From: Epiperipatus broadwayi
Taxonomy: Eukaryota > Animalia > Onychophora
Length of the DNA stretch: 64,000 bases
Assembly (NCBI GenBank): GCA_028023455.1
Contig: JAQFVV010000001.1
Location: 24,552,001-24,616,000, forward strand
Direction: 5' to 3'
A model generated the notes under the pieces. It had not been told where the DNA came from. It searched no databases and saw only the letters and a program-made list of their open reading frames with translations. Positions 62,131 through 64,000 of the stretch are shown in pieces. How positions within the stretch are numbered: position 1 is the first letter of the stretch; each line of letters starts with the position of its first letter. The translations under genes were made by a program, and so were the position numbers.

Positions 62131-64000
62131 CTAATTTATGGCTCATAGGTATATCAATGTTTGAATTGTGTTGCTATGATAGTTTTATCAAACACAAGCT
62201 AACCAACAATAGGTTATATTTATTTTAAAGTATATTAAATATGCATATGGTATAAGTGGCAATTCACACATAATAATTTAATATTTTCATCCAGAATTTC
62301 GCCTCTGGATTTGTAAGTCTGTTATATCATTATCTTTAAAACATTGAAGGAATAATTTTATGTGGACTAAAGTTATTTTAAAAAAAAGTATAACTGATCT
62401 CTGATGAATGATTGTTCCATACACTTAAGTTAGTTTAATTTTAGTATTAGCTTAATCTGATATAAAGATATATCTAGCTGTGATATTAATTATATCCGTG
62501 AAACTAGTGACGATATTTTTAAAAAGTATTGTTGAATATGCATACTCCAACTTAGCGTTTGTTAAGTTGAGGAGTATAAAATTAAGCTTAGGGTTTCAAT
62601 ATAAACATAGTTCTGTGTGTTATTCTGATTAGTAGATGACACAATAATGTTATTAATTAGCCCAAATAATTATGTAAAATCTTAGTGCGGTATTGGCACT
62701 GTTTGTATTCCACTGTATTTATAAACATTTCTTCTCATTATTAATAAATCAAATTATTATTATTTCAAAAGTTTTGTTTGTTTGTTTTACTTTTATATGA
62801 AAATATATTATTGTCTTGGGTTCCATGTTCACAAAGTCTTACATTTTTTAAATTTAATGAATCTTCAATTCAGTCATTTACAAGTATATTCTAAGTTAAC
62901 TAAATATAGTTGATATTGTCTTAAAAATTAAAAAGCTATGTTAAAGTAAATGATTCATATATTGAATCACAAATACAGATAATTGCATTATAGCAGATAC
63001 ATAATTAAATATTAGTTAAAAGTTTATTTTTTTTAAATTATCAGTATATCTTTTCAGACTAAAGATTATGCAATATCAGATTAACAATATTAGTACTTTA
63101 GAAGAATATTTTAATTAATATTATTTTAAAAGCTGCACATTATCTTATATTCACTGCACATCATCGATCATCATCTTAAATCTTATATATTTAAAGAATT
63201 CTAATCCATTTGCATTTGAGGTCTTTAGTGGTTGTCTGTGAATATGGAAAGGCATTAAAAGTACCCTTGCTCTTTCTCTGCTCAAGTAATATCTTAGATA
63301 ATAGGCCATTATTAGTTTAAATTTAAATTGATTCATTAAGTTTTGTGAATTGATATTTGTTTTGTTTATTATTTTAGATTGAACATATTATAATTATTTT
63401 ATGGTCAGATAAGATGTCACGTATTTATTTATTAATCACAGTAATTCTTTGTTAGGCAACTTAACTTAAACTTTAATTTTATACAAGAGTGTTAGTTTTA
63501 AAATCCCTGAGGTTATTTACTCTTGTTGTTTTAGTAAATATAATTCTGTAAGATAATATTATAAAATAAAGCATCATAGGTCTTATTCAGAGAGTGTATG
63601 ATTTATTGGTAGGACTATTATGGTAAACATTGAGTAGTGATTTAGATAATCTTTTATATGGTTTATTAAAATATCAATAAGCTGTAGTAGTTATAGTTTA
63701 TCAGTATTGGATTTGACCTTTATTTGATTATACATCCCTGGATCATCATCTCTTTTCTTTAAATTTATTGTAACCCCACTGAGCCGAGTCATTTAGAGTC
63801 TAATTTATAGTTCATTTTATATCATTTCAATTCTATTCCATTTTCTTTCATGTCATTTCTTCTATATCTCTTTCATATCTTTCCAATCATCTCATTTCTT
63901 TTCTCTCTCCATTATATATATCCTTTCTATCACTTTTCCCCATTTCTTTTCCCTCTCAATTCTTTTCTTTTCCATCATTTATCTCTGTCATTATCATTAT

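Noticed and set aside
63060-63120. Candidate PSTK exon 4 after TTTTCAG
   Set aside because: The compatible frame stops after ~20 codons and has no recognisable PSTK similarity.

Overview
Very AT-rich eukaryotic (invertebrate-like; species not identifiable) genomic window with two spliced housekeeping genes arranged head-to-head. On the minus strand lies eRF1/ETF1: five coding exons at 43772-43687, 36257-36082, 19402-19263, 5479-5341 and 5195-5005, encoding residues 1-244 with the GTS, NIKS, YxCxxxF and GGQ motifs; the remaining exons lie beyond position 1. On the plus strand lies PSTK (O-phosphoseryl-tRNA(Sec) kinase): three coding exons at 44309-44578, 55510-55750 and 57862-58054; its 3' exon(s) were not found. 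The two start codons are only 536 bp apart. The long introns are filled with mostly decayed transposons: hAT fossils and MITEs, two Merlin (IS1595-like) elements with 8-bp TSDs, two Gypsy fossils, RTE LINEs, a tRNA-derived SINE family and several long palindromes. The most interesting items are: (1) the pairing of the UGA terminator with a UGA-recoding (selenocysteine) enzyme; (2) a UGA-containing, hairpin-followed, intron-like upstream ORF in their shared leader; (3) a ~580-bp palindrome joining a tRNA-like head to a Penelope-type hammerhead-like motif. All coordinates and translations were made by eye; TE fossil boundaries are approximate.
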